Under the pieces are notes generated by a model. It ran no database searches. It had not been told where the DNA came from and was given only the letters and a program-made list of their open reading frames with translations. A stretch of 64,000 nt of DNA from Ptychomitrium polyphyllum (taxonomy: Eukaryota): contig OZ316775.1 of assembly GCA_973851085.1 (NCBI GenBank), positions 7,254,001 to 7,318,000 of the forward strand. The letters are read 5' to 3'. Positions 1 to 11,077 of the stretch are shown in pieces (positions within the stretch are counted from its first letter, which is position 1; each line of letters opens with the position of its first letter). The translations under genes were made by a program, and so were the position numbers.

Positions 1-12
1 GTTGTGTACTAG

Positions 13-2192
13 GTCCGCCAGCAATGCACCTTCGAACACCAGAGAGGTACACAAATCTAAATTTGTTCACCATTTCCACGTCAAAGGTTTTATGTTGTCA
101 TGAATTTGCATCCTTATTACTGGTAGCATTTAACTCCTGGTCCATCATCTTTATCAAGCTTGTTTACTCAGCTTATAGCCCTGGAAAAACAACATCAAAA
201 TTTCTCTATTTTCGTCACTTTATGAATTTGGACATGGAATTATTTATTCGTTTAGTACTTTTCAAAATTAAATTCAATCGTCGGCAGAATTTGTAACTGG
301 TATTTTGTAATTGACACTTCCGCAGGTGCGTCTTTTATGGCGATGTTTCTCCTAAAAGTAACCCGATGATGTATGGTGAACACGTAATTAATGTTTTCAA
401 CTACTTTCGTCAGAAATATTTTATCCATTCCACATCAAATATCCCATTAGTCATCAACACTCATGGATGGGTGAAAGGTAGCAGAAGCTTTCACTCCATT
501 GTTCTCCTTCCTTTTCTTACTCACCTTTGTTTTAATTTCATTTCCGTCCCAACTGTAATGCCTTCCAGTTGGAGAACTCAAGGTCTGGTAATTTGTCATG
601 TGAGTGCAGTGGTAAAATTTTTAACTAGTGGCTCAACGGTTTTTTGAAATCTCCCGCAGGTATTGGCTATGATGTTGTCGTTGACATCTTGAATACTACC
701 TCTCCAACACATGTTGTGCAATTGTTGGCCAATTCCGAGAAAAAGAATTTGCCTCGCAACAAGTTCTGGGATGAAAAGAGTTTGGCGATAACTATACATG
801 TAGAAAGCGCAGTGGAGAAATTGCCCATGTATGCAATTCTGACTGTCCCGATTTGTGAATGCTATTCATCTTTCTGTGTATAATATTTGAACACTTTCTG
901 AGATGTGTGCAAAGTATTTAACAGGCATCGAAACGTAAGATCAGCGCATCATCTACGAGCAGCCCGATTGCTTGCATATTTCCAACAGTGTTTTGGTGAG
1001 AATTCAGCACCATTCCCTTACCGTGAAGCTAAGCTATTTGCACAAACTGCCATGTCACTTGCAAGGGATACGCCATACGAGGTCCCATTCACTGCCTTTA
1101 AGATCAAGCATCTTCATTTTGAGGTTTGTGCCTAATGTGCTTGCAATATATTGTTTGCACCCTTCTGCAATGAGTTTATGATTCACATGTTTATTGCGTT
1201 TCAGGTTTTTTGCATCTTCAAGAAGCTAGTCTAGTCTATGTATTCAAGGTAAACCAGTTCTTTGCCTAAACCAGGAGGATGTATCTGCATTTAAGACGGT
1301 ATGTTTCATAATTTGTGGTTGTTTCCATAATTCCAGGTACCGCCATCAGAGAGTCTTCGATGTGTAAACGCAACAATTGTGGGTCTCGGAGTAACCTCTG
1401 CTGTTAAGGACACTCAAGAAAACGATGACGGCAGTAGGTCGTCCCTACCGCTGTGTTTGGGTCTCGGTAAGTTCTTTTCGCTGTACCAAAATTAATTTTG
1501 TACAATTGAAGTGTTTTACAGCTCACCATTTTGTTTACGATACTTGTGAAATAATGAAGTCAAAAGTAGAATATGGAGGTCTTACGTCATGCACAATTGT
1601 TCAATTTTAAGGTCATACGGTAAGACATGGGCTTTTTGTGCAGGGATTGTGAAAGCAGTCGACATGACTAGAGGGGTGCTCTATATAAGCACGCCTGTAT
1701 CCCGAGAACAGCTCCAACAAGTTGATGTCTTGCTTCAGGGGCGTATTGAGATTCCAGTTCCACTCTTGATGGTAAGAGACTTTATTTATACTGGAAGGTT
1801 ATTAGTCATGTATCCTACCATGGGAAGTATTTGTATGTGAGTTTTGTGTAAATTCTTGTCAGGTTGTGCCTGTTTCTTGCATGATCTCCTGGTTTGGAAT
1901 ATTAGGTAGAAGCTCCCAGAACTAACTGCAATCCAAACGTTACTCCATGTATACATGATATTGATTTCAAGAGCATTTGAGTGCGCGTTTCTAAATTAAT
2001 TGCAGAGAACTGATTCCAAGTTGCATCCTCTACCTTACATGTCTGTCAAACTTATGGATGATGATGGGGCGTAAACTGCAGGCCAGAGGTTACAGATGCC
2101 CATATTTAAGTCAAAAATCCCAACTTGTGGAAGGAGTAGGTGCGGGCGCAATGAAAAGTACTGGCAAGCCAAGCACGAAAAAAGTGCTGTGA
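13..2192 (+). CDS. NOL9: Polynucleotide 5'-hydroxyl kinase NOL9/Grc3 (Clp1 family); 3' part of a multi-exon gene truncated by the window edge
   Basis: Spliced exons give CVFYGDVSPKSNP...PLVINTHGWVKG|IGYDVVVDIL...PTHVVQL, then NATIVGLG...CLGL|GIVKAVDMTRGVLYISTPV...LLQGRIEIP. The last exon (2082-2192) reads ARGYRCPYL...GAGAMKS...KVL*. GT-AG boundaries keep the frame. Confidence 0.88.
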
Positions 2193-3399
2193 AGTTTATC
2201 TGTGAATATTTAATTTACAATCATAAACTATCCGCAGCATACAATTTTTTTCGTATCCTTTAATTACTTTTAGGCGTAATTATTTGGTTTCCATGTTTCC
2301 ATGGCAGGGCTTGTTGCCTGAATGAAGCCAAAGCTCAATTAACCTTCTGAGTCTGATAACTTCCATTTTTTGGTTATTTAATTTCGGTGTCTTTGGCAGT
2401 ATTTAGTCCAGGCACTCTGCAAGCAAGCTAATTGTTTTAACTAGTGTGTAATTGTGCATTCTGGTTTCCTATCTGCTGAATTTCATTCATGAGGAACTAG
2501 CGTGCAGAGTTGTGATTGTGAATGTGACTGGTTTGCTGACAGTTGCTTTCATTGTACTGTATTGAGTCCAGAAAATGCTTCCATCTCATGTTTGTAAGGG
2601 CTAAGTAACTTGTACTTTGCAGAAGCTTGGTGCAGAAGGCCAAAAGTAACTGAAAATGGTTAAAGAAAACGGTTAAACAAACTCACATTAGCAAGGATAT
2701 CAAAATCCAACTTTAAGTAATACTCACTAATTCAACAATTCAACAATTTTAAACTGTGAGGATAGGTAATGGCTTTAAATTGATGAATGGGTTGGGGATT
2801 TAAAGGCTATTGATGGAGCGAGCATCATAGAAAGAAGAATGATGGCATCAGGAAGGTATTGAAGATTACATCATTTAAACTATGGGATTTTAAGGTTGCC
2901 CTTCATCATAATTTAATTGGAAGTTGTTTATGTTAATGCACAGTATCTACTTCATGTCTAGTCAACTGGGGCCACTTTTTGGAACTCATAATAGTGTTGC
3001 TAATTGTCTATTCTTTGATTTTAGGTGAGATTGAGTTGGTGAAAAATGGAACTTTTGGTAAGATTTGTTACTAGTGACTTGGACTAGTATTACAAATTAA
3101 AAAAATAAATGCTGCTTAGAACTTCTATGGTGGTGTTGCTTTCATGTTTTAGTAGTAATAGCTTCCATTATTATTGTACTTTATGCCACAAACCAGTGAA
3201 AACTTTCACTTCTTGTAGATATATTTAACCAAATATACTGCATTACTTCTAAAACTTAAATGTACTTAGAAGTGAAAATATTCAAGGCACTAGCATAATC
3301 AACTAAAACAAAAGGCAACAATCCACAGATAGTCATCAAGCGTTAATATTCAGCAAATCCACCTTGTCAAGTAATCAATTAGGATTCAGAACATAAATT

Positions 3400-5954
3400 A
3401 ATCAAAATCCTACTACCATGGTTACAACCATAATCGCGTTACAGACACCTGTACGTCCAGGTACCCAGTGCTTTGCAAAATTGGACTACTAATAGAGAGA
3501 CCACATTTCTGGACTTGTCAAAACTTGTAGGAAGCCTTCTGTCCTTGTTTCAAATAAACATTAGCATGACAGAATTTGACTAATTGAACTTCACAGTATC
3601 AAAGATTTGATCAGACCTTGAGCTATATGCATATAATCTGGTGTAGATCCTAATAATCTGGCTTTGTCATAATAGCATACCTGATAGTCATGAATGCGGC
3701 AATAGTCAGAAACTTATCATATAGTGATGGAGTTTTTTGAAAGATTGTCAGCAGTGCTCTAGGATCCTCAAATTGCGACGCCGGTATACATAAGCTCGTT
3801 TTAAACTGGGTACCAGGTCCAAGTCTGGCATCTTGAGAAGCCCTCTGCTTTCCAACAAGTCGAGCATTGGCAATCGTAACAACCTTTCCAACTCTTTTTA
3901 GCTCTAGAAAGGATGGGGTATCTCTTGGAAGAGATAAGACAGATAAGGAATGCAATTCTGCAAGTAAACTAAAATCAGATTCGCCAGCACCTCTCATTGC
4001 ATCTTCCAAACTCCGGAATACTGATAGATGTGAAGCACCTTGAGATTCTTGAGTTTCTGTGACCTTCCTACATCTCCTTGTAAACTTTTAAAGACCAACC
4101 ATGAGAACGATCAAAAGCAGCTGCTTCTAACATCTTGAAGTTCCCGCATAATGATGTCCTACCTTAAGTGAAAACAGAGGGTTTCACCTTCCAACATTCA
4201 AGCCGTCGAGACTTAAGATTCCTACAGCCTCTCAAAAAGAGCATGCGCTTCACGGAATTCCTGTGCAATGAAACAGTCTGTAGGTGGGGCAAGTACCCCC
4301 CAATATTGGATCAGGAAAGGTCATTTCTCGTGTGATTTATAATCAATGAACCTGCCATTCGTAGAAAATACATCGCCATGTCCTTACATTTGGAAGCAAT
4401 ACTGATATATCCAGAAAAAATATTCTCTGCCTATCATACAAGGTTGGGTAGTTTTTACCAAGAATGTTGTCCAAGTGCTTCGACTCTCGGGATGCTTGTA
4501 GTTTGTCCTCAACCGGTAAATAAACTAACCAGTACATGACGTTATGCATATTAATGTCATGAAAGTAGGCTCTCACAGCTCTTAAAACCAAAGGTAGATA
4601 TTGACGCGTATAATAGCCATTGTCCGTGAATTAGCATTCGCGCAGACATGCTTTCACAATATCAATTCCCGCAGGTTGAAGTTTTGATTACAGTAACCTG
4701 GGAGCAGCCACTGACAGGAATGGCTCTGCAGCTTTATCCGCTTTGAACCTTGGAATGGGCTCACATATCTTTGCCTCATCTAGTACGGATTTCAAAATCT
4801 CTCGATTCCTCTATGTGTTCGTCACCTTGCTGCCATATTCAAGTGGAGTTTCTATCAATCCTTATGCTTCATCTCGAGAACTCTGAGTATCCCCAACATG
4901 TCTACAACAAGAAGCATCGCTGGTTGGTCGCTCAATCGGTTCTGTTAGTACTGCAGTCCCTGCTCCGTAGTCACCAAATTTCAACAGCAGATCATCTTTA
5001 CTCTTTGCAAGCGTCACGGGCACGATGACGTTCGGCATTAACGTCTTCAGATGGTCTTCATGCTCGAGTTCAGTGGAAGCTGCAGAAAACCATTATCGGC
5101 TATCACATCTCCTACCTGAGGTTCTTAAGGGTTCGCATCCGCCACCCTGCTGTCGAAAACACCACTCATTCCAGTATGTTCCTAAATACAGACATCCTGG
5201 TCTGCAAATACTTGTCTCATTCTCAACGGGCATAGTACCCTCCTCAAAGATGCTTTAACACCCAACACAAATCATATTTAAGTAACATTTCCAGATACAA
5301 GAAAATTTAATATAAAATCTGTTATTAACAAAACTCTACGCCTCCCATTTAGAAAATCGCCAGCAACATATCTCGCAAGTGCGCTGATAACCTCGTACGC
5401 ACTCAGTAGTATACTTCATCATGAGGAGAATGATTATGGAGATCTCCTCCACCACAGCTGCCCTAAACTTCATTTTCGACATCCACAATTTCTTGAAGTC
5501 CATGCCATTGAATGCTCACAAGGCTCTCACACCTTCACCGACAACACAATCTCCTCTGCATCATCCTGATCCTCCTCGACCAATGTCTTTCACTCCTCAA
5601 TCCATTGTACCTGCTCCTTCTCTGGGGAAATGGCCCCAGGCAACAAATCAAAAAAGAACGGGAAACAGTTTCAGTTTAATATTCTTTGTCTTCGTGGACT
5701 TCGCAATGGCTCTCAACTCCAGCGTGGGCCATATGGAAGTCAAATATCCCCTTGAAAGTACAACCACTGCTAACCAGCATTCTTGAGCTGCTTGGAAAAT
5801 ATGATGAGCAAACCTCTTTCCTTTGAACACACCACACCGTCAACTTCAAGATCAAAGAAAGGAGTGACGGTCTCGCAGAGCTGCTCTACAAAGGTTTTCT
5901 CCTGTCAGCTGAAACTTGAAAAATATGGTTTGCTTGAGACGCAGCTGGAGGGAT
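3400..5954 (-). pseudogene. Degenerate TIR-domain gene (TIR exon ~5954-5360) followed by ~1.8 kb of decayed coding sequence of unrecognised family
   Basis: Minus strand reads YFSSFS*QEKTFVEQLCETVTPFFD, then a frameshift, then KGKRFAHHIFQAAQECWLAVVVLSRGYLTSIWPTLELRAI...KLFPVLF...EE*K...AFNGMDF...KFRAAVVEEI. This follows the TIR pattern (F.S.SG, AVVVLS..Y..S.WP..EL, L.PV.F). Surviving downstream ORF pieces are 4343-4591 and 3650-4009. The 3' limit is approximate. Confidence 0.75.
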
Positions 5955-5959
5955 CTGAA

Positions 5960-6131
5960 TGTTGGATAATACTACTGTCTCAACAGAAATCATCCTAAGG
6001 GCTTCTCTTTTCATCCAGCCGCTGCTGGTGCCTTTATATTGCATGCTCACCTCACTTGTTTCAATGAGAAATGCATAGTTGTGTGTGAAGATAAATCCCG
6101 TGTACAAGTCTATGGATTGTATCTGTCGCTA
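5960..6131 (+). repeat. 5' LTR (~172 bp)
   Basis: Begins TGTTGG and aligns end to end with 10905-11077 (roughly 84% identity by eye). Confidence 0.9.
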
Positions 6132-6142
6132 TAGTATCAGAG
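6132..6142 (+). other. Primer-binding site, tRNA-iMet type
   Basis: TAGTATCAGAG directly follows the 5' LTR, one mismatch from the Copia consensus TGGTATCAGAG. Confidence 0.8.
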
Positions 6143-7935
6143 GAGCGTCAAACCTCTACTCCTCTCCTCACTTCCACTCCATTCATTTCTAATCTAAAAT
6201 TCCTTCATCTCCACTCCACAAATTTTTGATCTAAAATTCCTTCATTTAAGCATCAAATTCCATTCCTTATGATTTCTAAATCTCTCACTTCACTCCTACA
6301 GTTTGACCTTCTTCTAATCCTTGCCCCCATTTCCCTCCCAATTTCATTAGACAATTATTTCTTCCTCACTATAATTCAAAAATTATAATCTAATATAGAA
6401 TGACAACTAACACCTAGAACACATATCTATGACAAAACTAATTTATTAATAAAATGGTGTTTATTTAATAAAATTTATTTTGGAAAAGAAAAATGGAAAC
6501 CGTGGCCTACCTTTGTTTAGATGTCAATTCAAATATCAGATGTAGAATAGAAGACATGGAGGTTTCCATGGTGATGTGGACAAATTTAGAGGAAGTATCA
6601 AATAAACACCATTATTGATACAATGGTGGCTCTAAATAAACGATAAAGTTTTTGTATGCACAAAAATTAAGATGTCTTTTATTTAAACTTGTCAATTTAT
6701 TTCATTATACAAAAACTTCAAGATATAAAATACCCTTAGAATGATACAATAATAGTCCCCAAGATACTAAATATGTTATCAACTTGCTTTGAGAAATTTG
6801 CACAACTATTACAAACTGAAAATGTAATGCCAACATTAGATGAGTTAGCAAGTAAATTCAAGATGGAAGAAATAAATTCAAAACTTAGAAATTTACATAC
6901 ATAAAAAAAGCCCTTGTCATGTGGATTTAATCAGCCATAAACCAAAACCGTTTTTGTGGAAGATATGGAGGATTGCAATCCTATACCAATCCAAGTAATT
7001 CCATCTTTGCAGCTTCCAGGTCCTTGCAAGGTTTTGCTAGAATACCTAGGCCCTCAAGATTTCAACAAGGATTATTTGGTCATCAACTACAATATAGGCA
7101 ACAACCATCTTCTGGACAACAAGCTGGATCTATCATTTGCAACAAATGTTTACAACCAAGCCAAATTGCATATTTCTATCTAGCATCTGAGCTAATAGTT
7201 GTAGCTCAAGCAGTTCCAAAACAATGCTATCAAATCTACCTCAAAGAAAACCATTATTATGACTCACAACTATCAATGAACTTTATTTACCATCTTCATC
7301 AACTTTCTTGCCCACTGATGAAAATACTGAATAAGCCTTAGTAATTCTTTCAATATTAAAAGCCTTCAAAGATAAGAATTAAATCTTTGATTTTGGAACT
7401 TTTGGGCACTAAAAAAGCAACATTAAGGCTTTCAGTGACCTTCAATTAGTTCCTTCTTTTAATACATTTACATCTGCATAAGGTCAGTCTCATACAATTT
7501 CCAAATGATATTAACACACTTTTAAATAACATTTAATATATTTCCAACGTTAAATATGTACATGGCCTTCATAGAAACCTTCTCTCTATAGGAAAGCTTA
7601 CAAACATCAAATATATGATATTATTTATTAAAAAAGAGTATATTGTATTCTTCAAAAAAAAAAACCACATTCCATTCTTATTGTAGGATCCAGGAATCCA
7701 TCCAATGGTTTTGATAAATTTAACACACAAAAAAATCATCCATTCCAACCATTCATTTGTCTCATACTTTTTCTTATTAAAATTCCAAAATTAATTCCTA
7801 TCTATATAGCTTCTCCTACTTGCATCAAAGGCAAACAATTTAGGGCCAAAATTTCTCGTCATGGTACACATTATGCTTCCAAATCCTTAAGCCTGATACA
7901 CACAAATTTGTATGACCTACTATCCACAATAATTT

Positions 7936-8029
7936 TAGAAGGATGTAAATATTATATCATTTTTGACACTACTCTCAAAACATAGAAGGATCTAAATATT
8001 ATATCATTTTTGACACTACTTTCAAAACA
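7936..8029 (+). repeat. 47-bp tandem duplication inside the Copia element
   Basis: TAGAAGGAT(G/C)TAAATATTATATCATTTTTGACACTACT(C/T)TCAAAACA occurs twice with 2 mismatches. Confidence 0.9.
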
Positions 8030-10904
8030 CCTAAATAGATTTCCTTAAAAACAAAGATTAAGCCTTCAGCTCCTTTGTCCATTTTAACACCATGATTGAA
8101 AATCAAACTCAGTACAAAATACAAGTTATTAGATCAACTTGAGGAAGAGAATTTCTCTCCACAATTTTCTTTAATTTTTTCAAAGATTATAGTATTTTGA
8201 AACAATTGACAAAGGCTAATACACCACACTAAAATAGTGTGGCTAAATATAAGAATTGGACAATTCTAAATAAGGCTTGCAGTATGCTCATAGATGATTA
8301 AGTGTTCAAAATATTTTAAACAAAAATAATAGAACACATCGTACACCTAATCATTTCTTTTCTAATTTGAGAAGATTTAGATCAAACACATGTAGAACAC
8401 TTTATAAATGTCAAACTTGATTTATTGGATCTCAAAATATTTGGTTGTCTTGATCATATCCATATTAAAAAAGAACAACAAGACAAACTAGCACCACAAT
8501 CTATATCAAGAATATATATTGGGAATGACTTAATAATACAAGATTTTTGTATCTATAGGCCAAATATTGAAAAGTAATAATTATTCAAGATGTTTTCTTT
8601 GATGAAACAAAGTTTGATCATGTAGACTCTACTAAGTCAACCTTGATTCCATCATCTTTAGCTCTTTTTTTCACTATATCACTATCAATAGAAGAAGATG
8701 ATGACAAGGACTTACTTCTTTCAAAAATATTTATGTCACCTACTTTTTTTGACCTACATTTGCCCTATCCCATCTCTCTAGCTTCACCTACATCACCTGT
8801 TCCTTGGTCAAAATGATCCATATCACTAAAATTATTCCACTCTTATACATCTTCAAAACTAATTTTATACCCTATCATTTAGGATTAAATGACTTAGATG
8901 ATTAGCCAATTATTGATGCCTTCAGAGACTACAATTCCTTTCAAGAACTAGATGAATTTGCTATTCCCTACATTTTTTATGGTAAAAATCGACCTTTGTT
9001 TCCAACTATTGATACTGGAGGCTATTGCACAAGGTTTGGCTATTTCTTTGAAATGTTACCATGATTGACAAACCATTTTGTAGGCACTATAGACTTATTC
9101 AATGAATCAACAATCTTTGCAAAAACAATTCAAAAGAAGCCTTGGCAAACACCCATGGAAGAGAAATGAGCTCAAATTATAAAACAATACATAAAATCTT
9201 AGTCAATTATTTTCAAACAAGGTCCTATTTTTACAAAATGGATTTTCATAATTAAAAAATAAGATAGATGGAAGCTTATACGAAAGAAGGCTTATTTAGT
9301 TGCACATGGTTTTGAATAATAGGTTAGCATTGACTTTGAAGAATTATTTGCACCTCTGGTTTAAAAAGCCACTATAGGCATATTAACTGTTCTTGTTGCT
9401 TAGCAAAAATAGATATTATTTCACAAGGATGTGAAGACAAATTTTCTTCATGGTAATCATGAAGATGAGGTTTATATACTACAACCAAAAGAAATTTGTG
9501 CAACCACAGAAAGAATGTCTAATTTATTGCTTCCTTAAGGCACTCTATGGCCTAAAATAAGCTCCTAGAGTATGATATCATAAGATAGATGAATTCCTAA
9601 AAAACTAAGGCTTTTCAAAAGAGATATGGTAATTACAATTTTTATATCTTTGAACATGACAAGAAGATGATTCCCCTTGTTTTATATTGATGATGTGTTC
9701 TTTATAGGTAATTATAAGACGTAGATAGATTGGTTTAAAAACCAATTGGGATTTAGATTTGAAATGTCTAAATTAGAAGAAGGAGAAAATGACATTGTAT
9801 TTGAAAGCTAAAGCTATACAAGTTCCGGCATGCATCTTTATAATTCAATAAGGATATACTTGGCAAATCCTAGAATACTTTACACATCAAAATTGTCTTC
9901 CAACAACCACTTCCATGCAGGATAAGCTTAAATTACAAATAGACATGTAAGAGCCTCCAGTTGATCCTACTCATTATTAGAGCTCAATGGGCAAACTTAA
10001 TTACATGACATATATTAGAAATGATATCAAATAGCCATAGGGAGAGTCAACAAATTTCTACGTTTGAGCAATCTTTGAACAACCAAGAAGATCCTATAAT
10101 ACATTTGGAGAACTTGGGATTATGGAATTCTATACTAAGAAGATCCAAACCCATCATATTGAGTTGGATAGGTAATAGCTGAGTGGATGATCATAACGGA
10201 GCTCATTTGACAACCAATTATGTTTTTTGTTGTGATAATAGTTCCATCGCCTAGAATTAAATGAATCAATCATTAATTGCTATGTCTTCTTCCAAGATTA
10301 AATACATGGCCATGTTGTTAGTTGCACATGAATTTACTTGATTAGAAATGCTTAGCAATGATCTAAGGTTCACAATTTTTCAATACCTGACTCTTTACCG
10401 CAATAACAAAACTTCAATCAAGATACCCACCAACCCACAAATTATTCCAATTATAAAATACATTACTTAACATCACCATTAAACTAGAATAAAAAAAAAT
10501 AAGGGCTATATTCAACTCAATTATATTGTTCAATTGATCAACTTGCAGATTTATTTACAAAGCCTCTTGCCAATGTCTATTCAAGAAATTTAGAACACAC
10601 CAAATCATCATCAGCTATGATAAAGCAACCTCTACATCAAAGAGAACCAAACACTAGGGCCTTGTTCCTCACTTTCATGTCTTTGGAAAACCAATAGGAT
10701 ATAGATTAAACCAATCCAGTCAAACACTTAGAAGTGTATCTCAATAAGGTGTAGGATAGCACCAAAACAACAAAGAAACAAGAGCCACACTACAATCACT
10801 CCCATAGCTCCTAGTGCTTGTTGCTCTTTTTCTCTCTAGCTTGCTTTCTATTTTATTTTCTTTGACTTGATGAGTTTTGTCTCCCTTTTAACACACCAGA
10901 GGTG

Positions 10905-11077
10905 TGTTAAATAATACTACTGTCTCAACAATACTCATCCTAGGGCTTCCCTACTTTCATCCAACCGCTGCTGGTGCCTTTATATTGTATGCTCACCTCA
11001 CTTGTTTCAGTGACATATACATAGTTGTGTGCAATAATTAATCCCGTGTAAGAGTCTATGAAGTGTCTCTGTCTTTC
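10905..11077 (+). repeat. 3' LTR (~173 bp)
   Basis: Begins TGTTAA, shares the core ...CCGCTGCTGGTGCCTTTATATTG.ATGCTCACCTCACTTGTTTCA... with the 5' LTR, and is followed by the TSD CTGAA. Confidence 0.9.

Larger units (their letters stand above)
5960..11077 (+). mobile_element. Full-length but degenerate Ty1/Copia LTR retrotransposon
   Basis: Two direct LTRs, a PBS and a 5-bp TSD CTGAA (5955-5959 and 11078-11082). Remnant RT motifs are KAYLVAHGFE**VSIDFEELFAP (~9287), DVKTNFLHG (~9428), KALYGLK*APR (~9537) and YIDD (~9683). The RNase H tail DQLADLFTKPL is at ~10536. Many stops and frameshifts. Confidence 0.93.

Noticed and set aside
6956..7341. ORFs inside the Copia element as host genes
   Set aside because: They lie in the gag region of the element and are best explained as decayed retrotransposon fragments.
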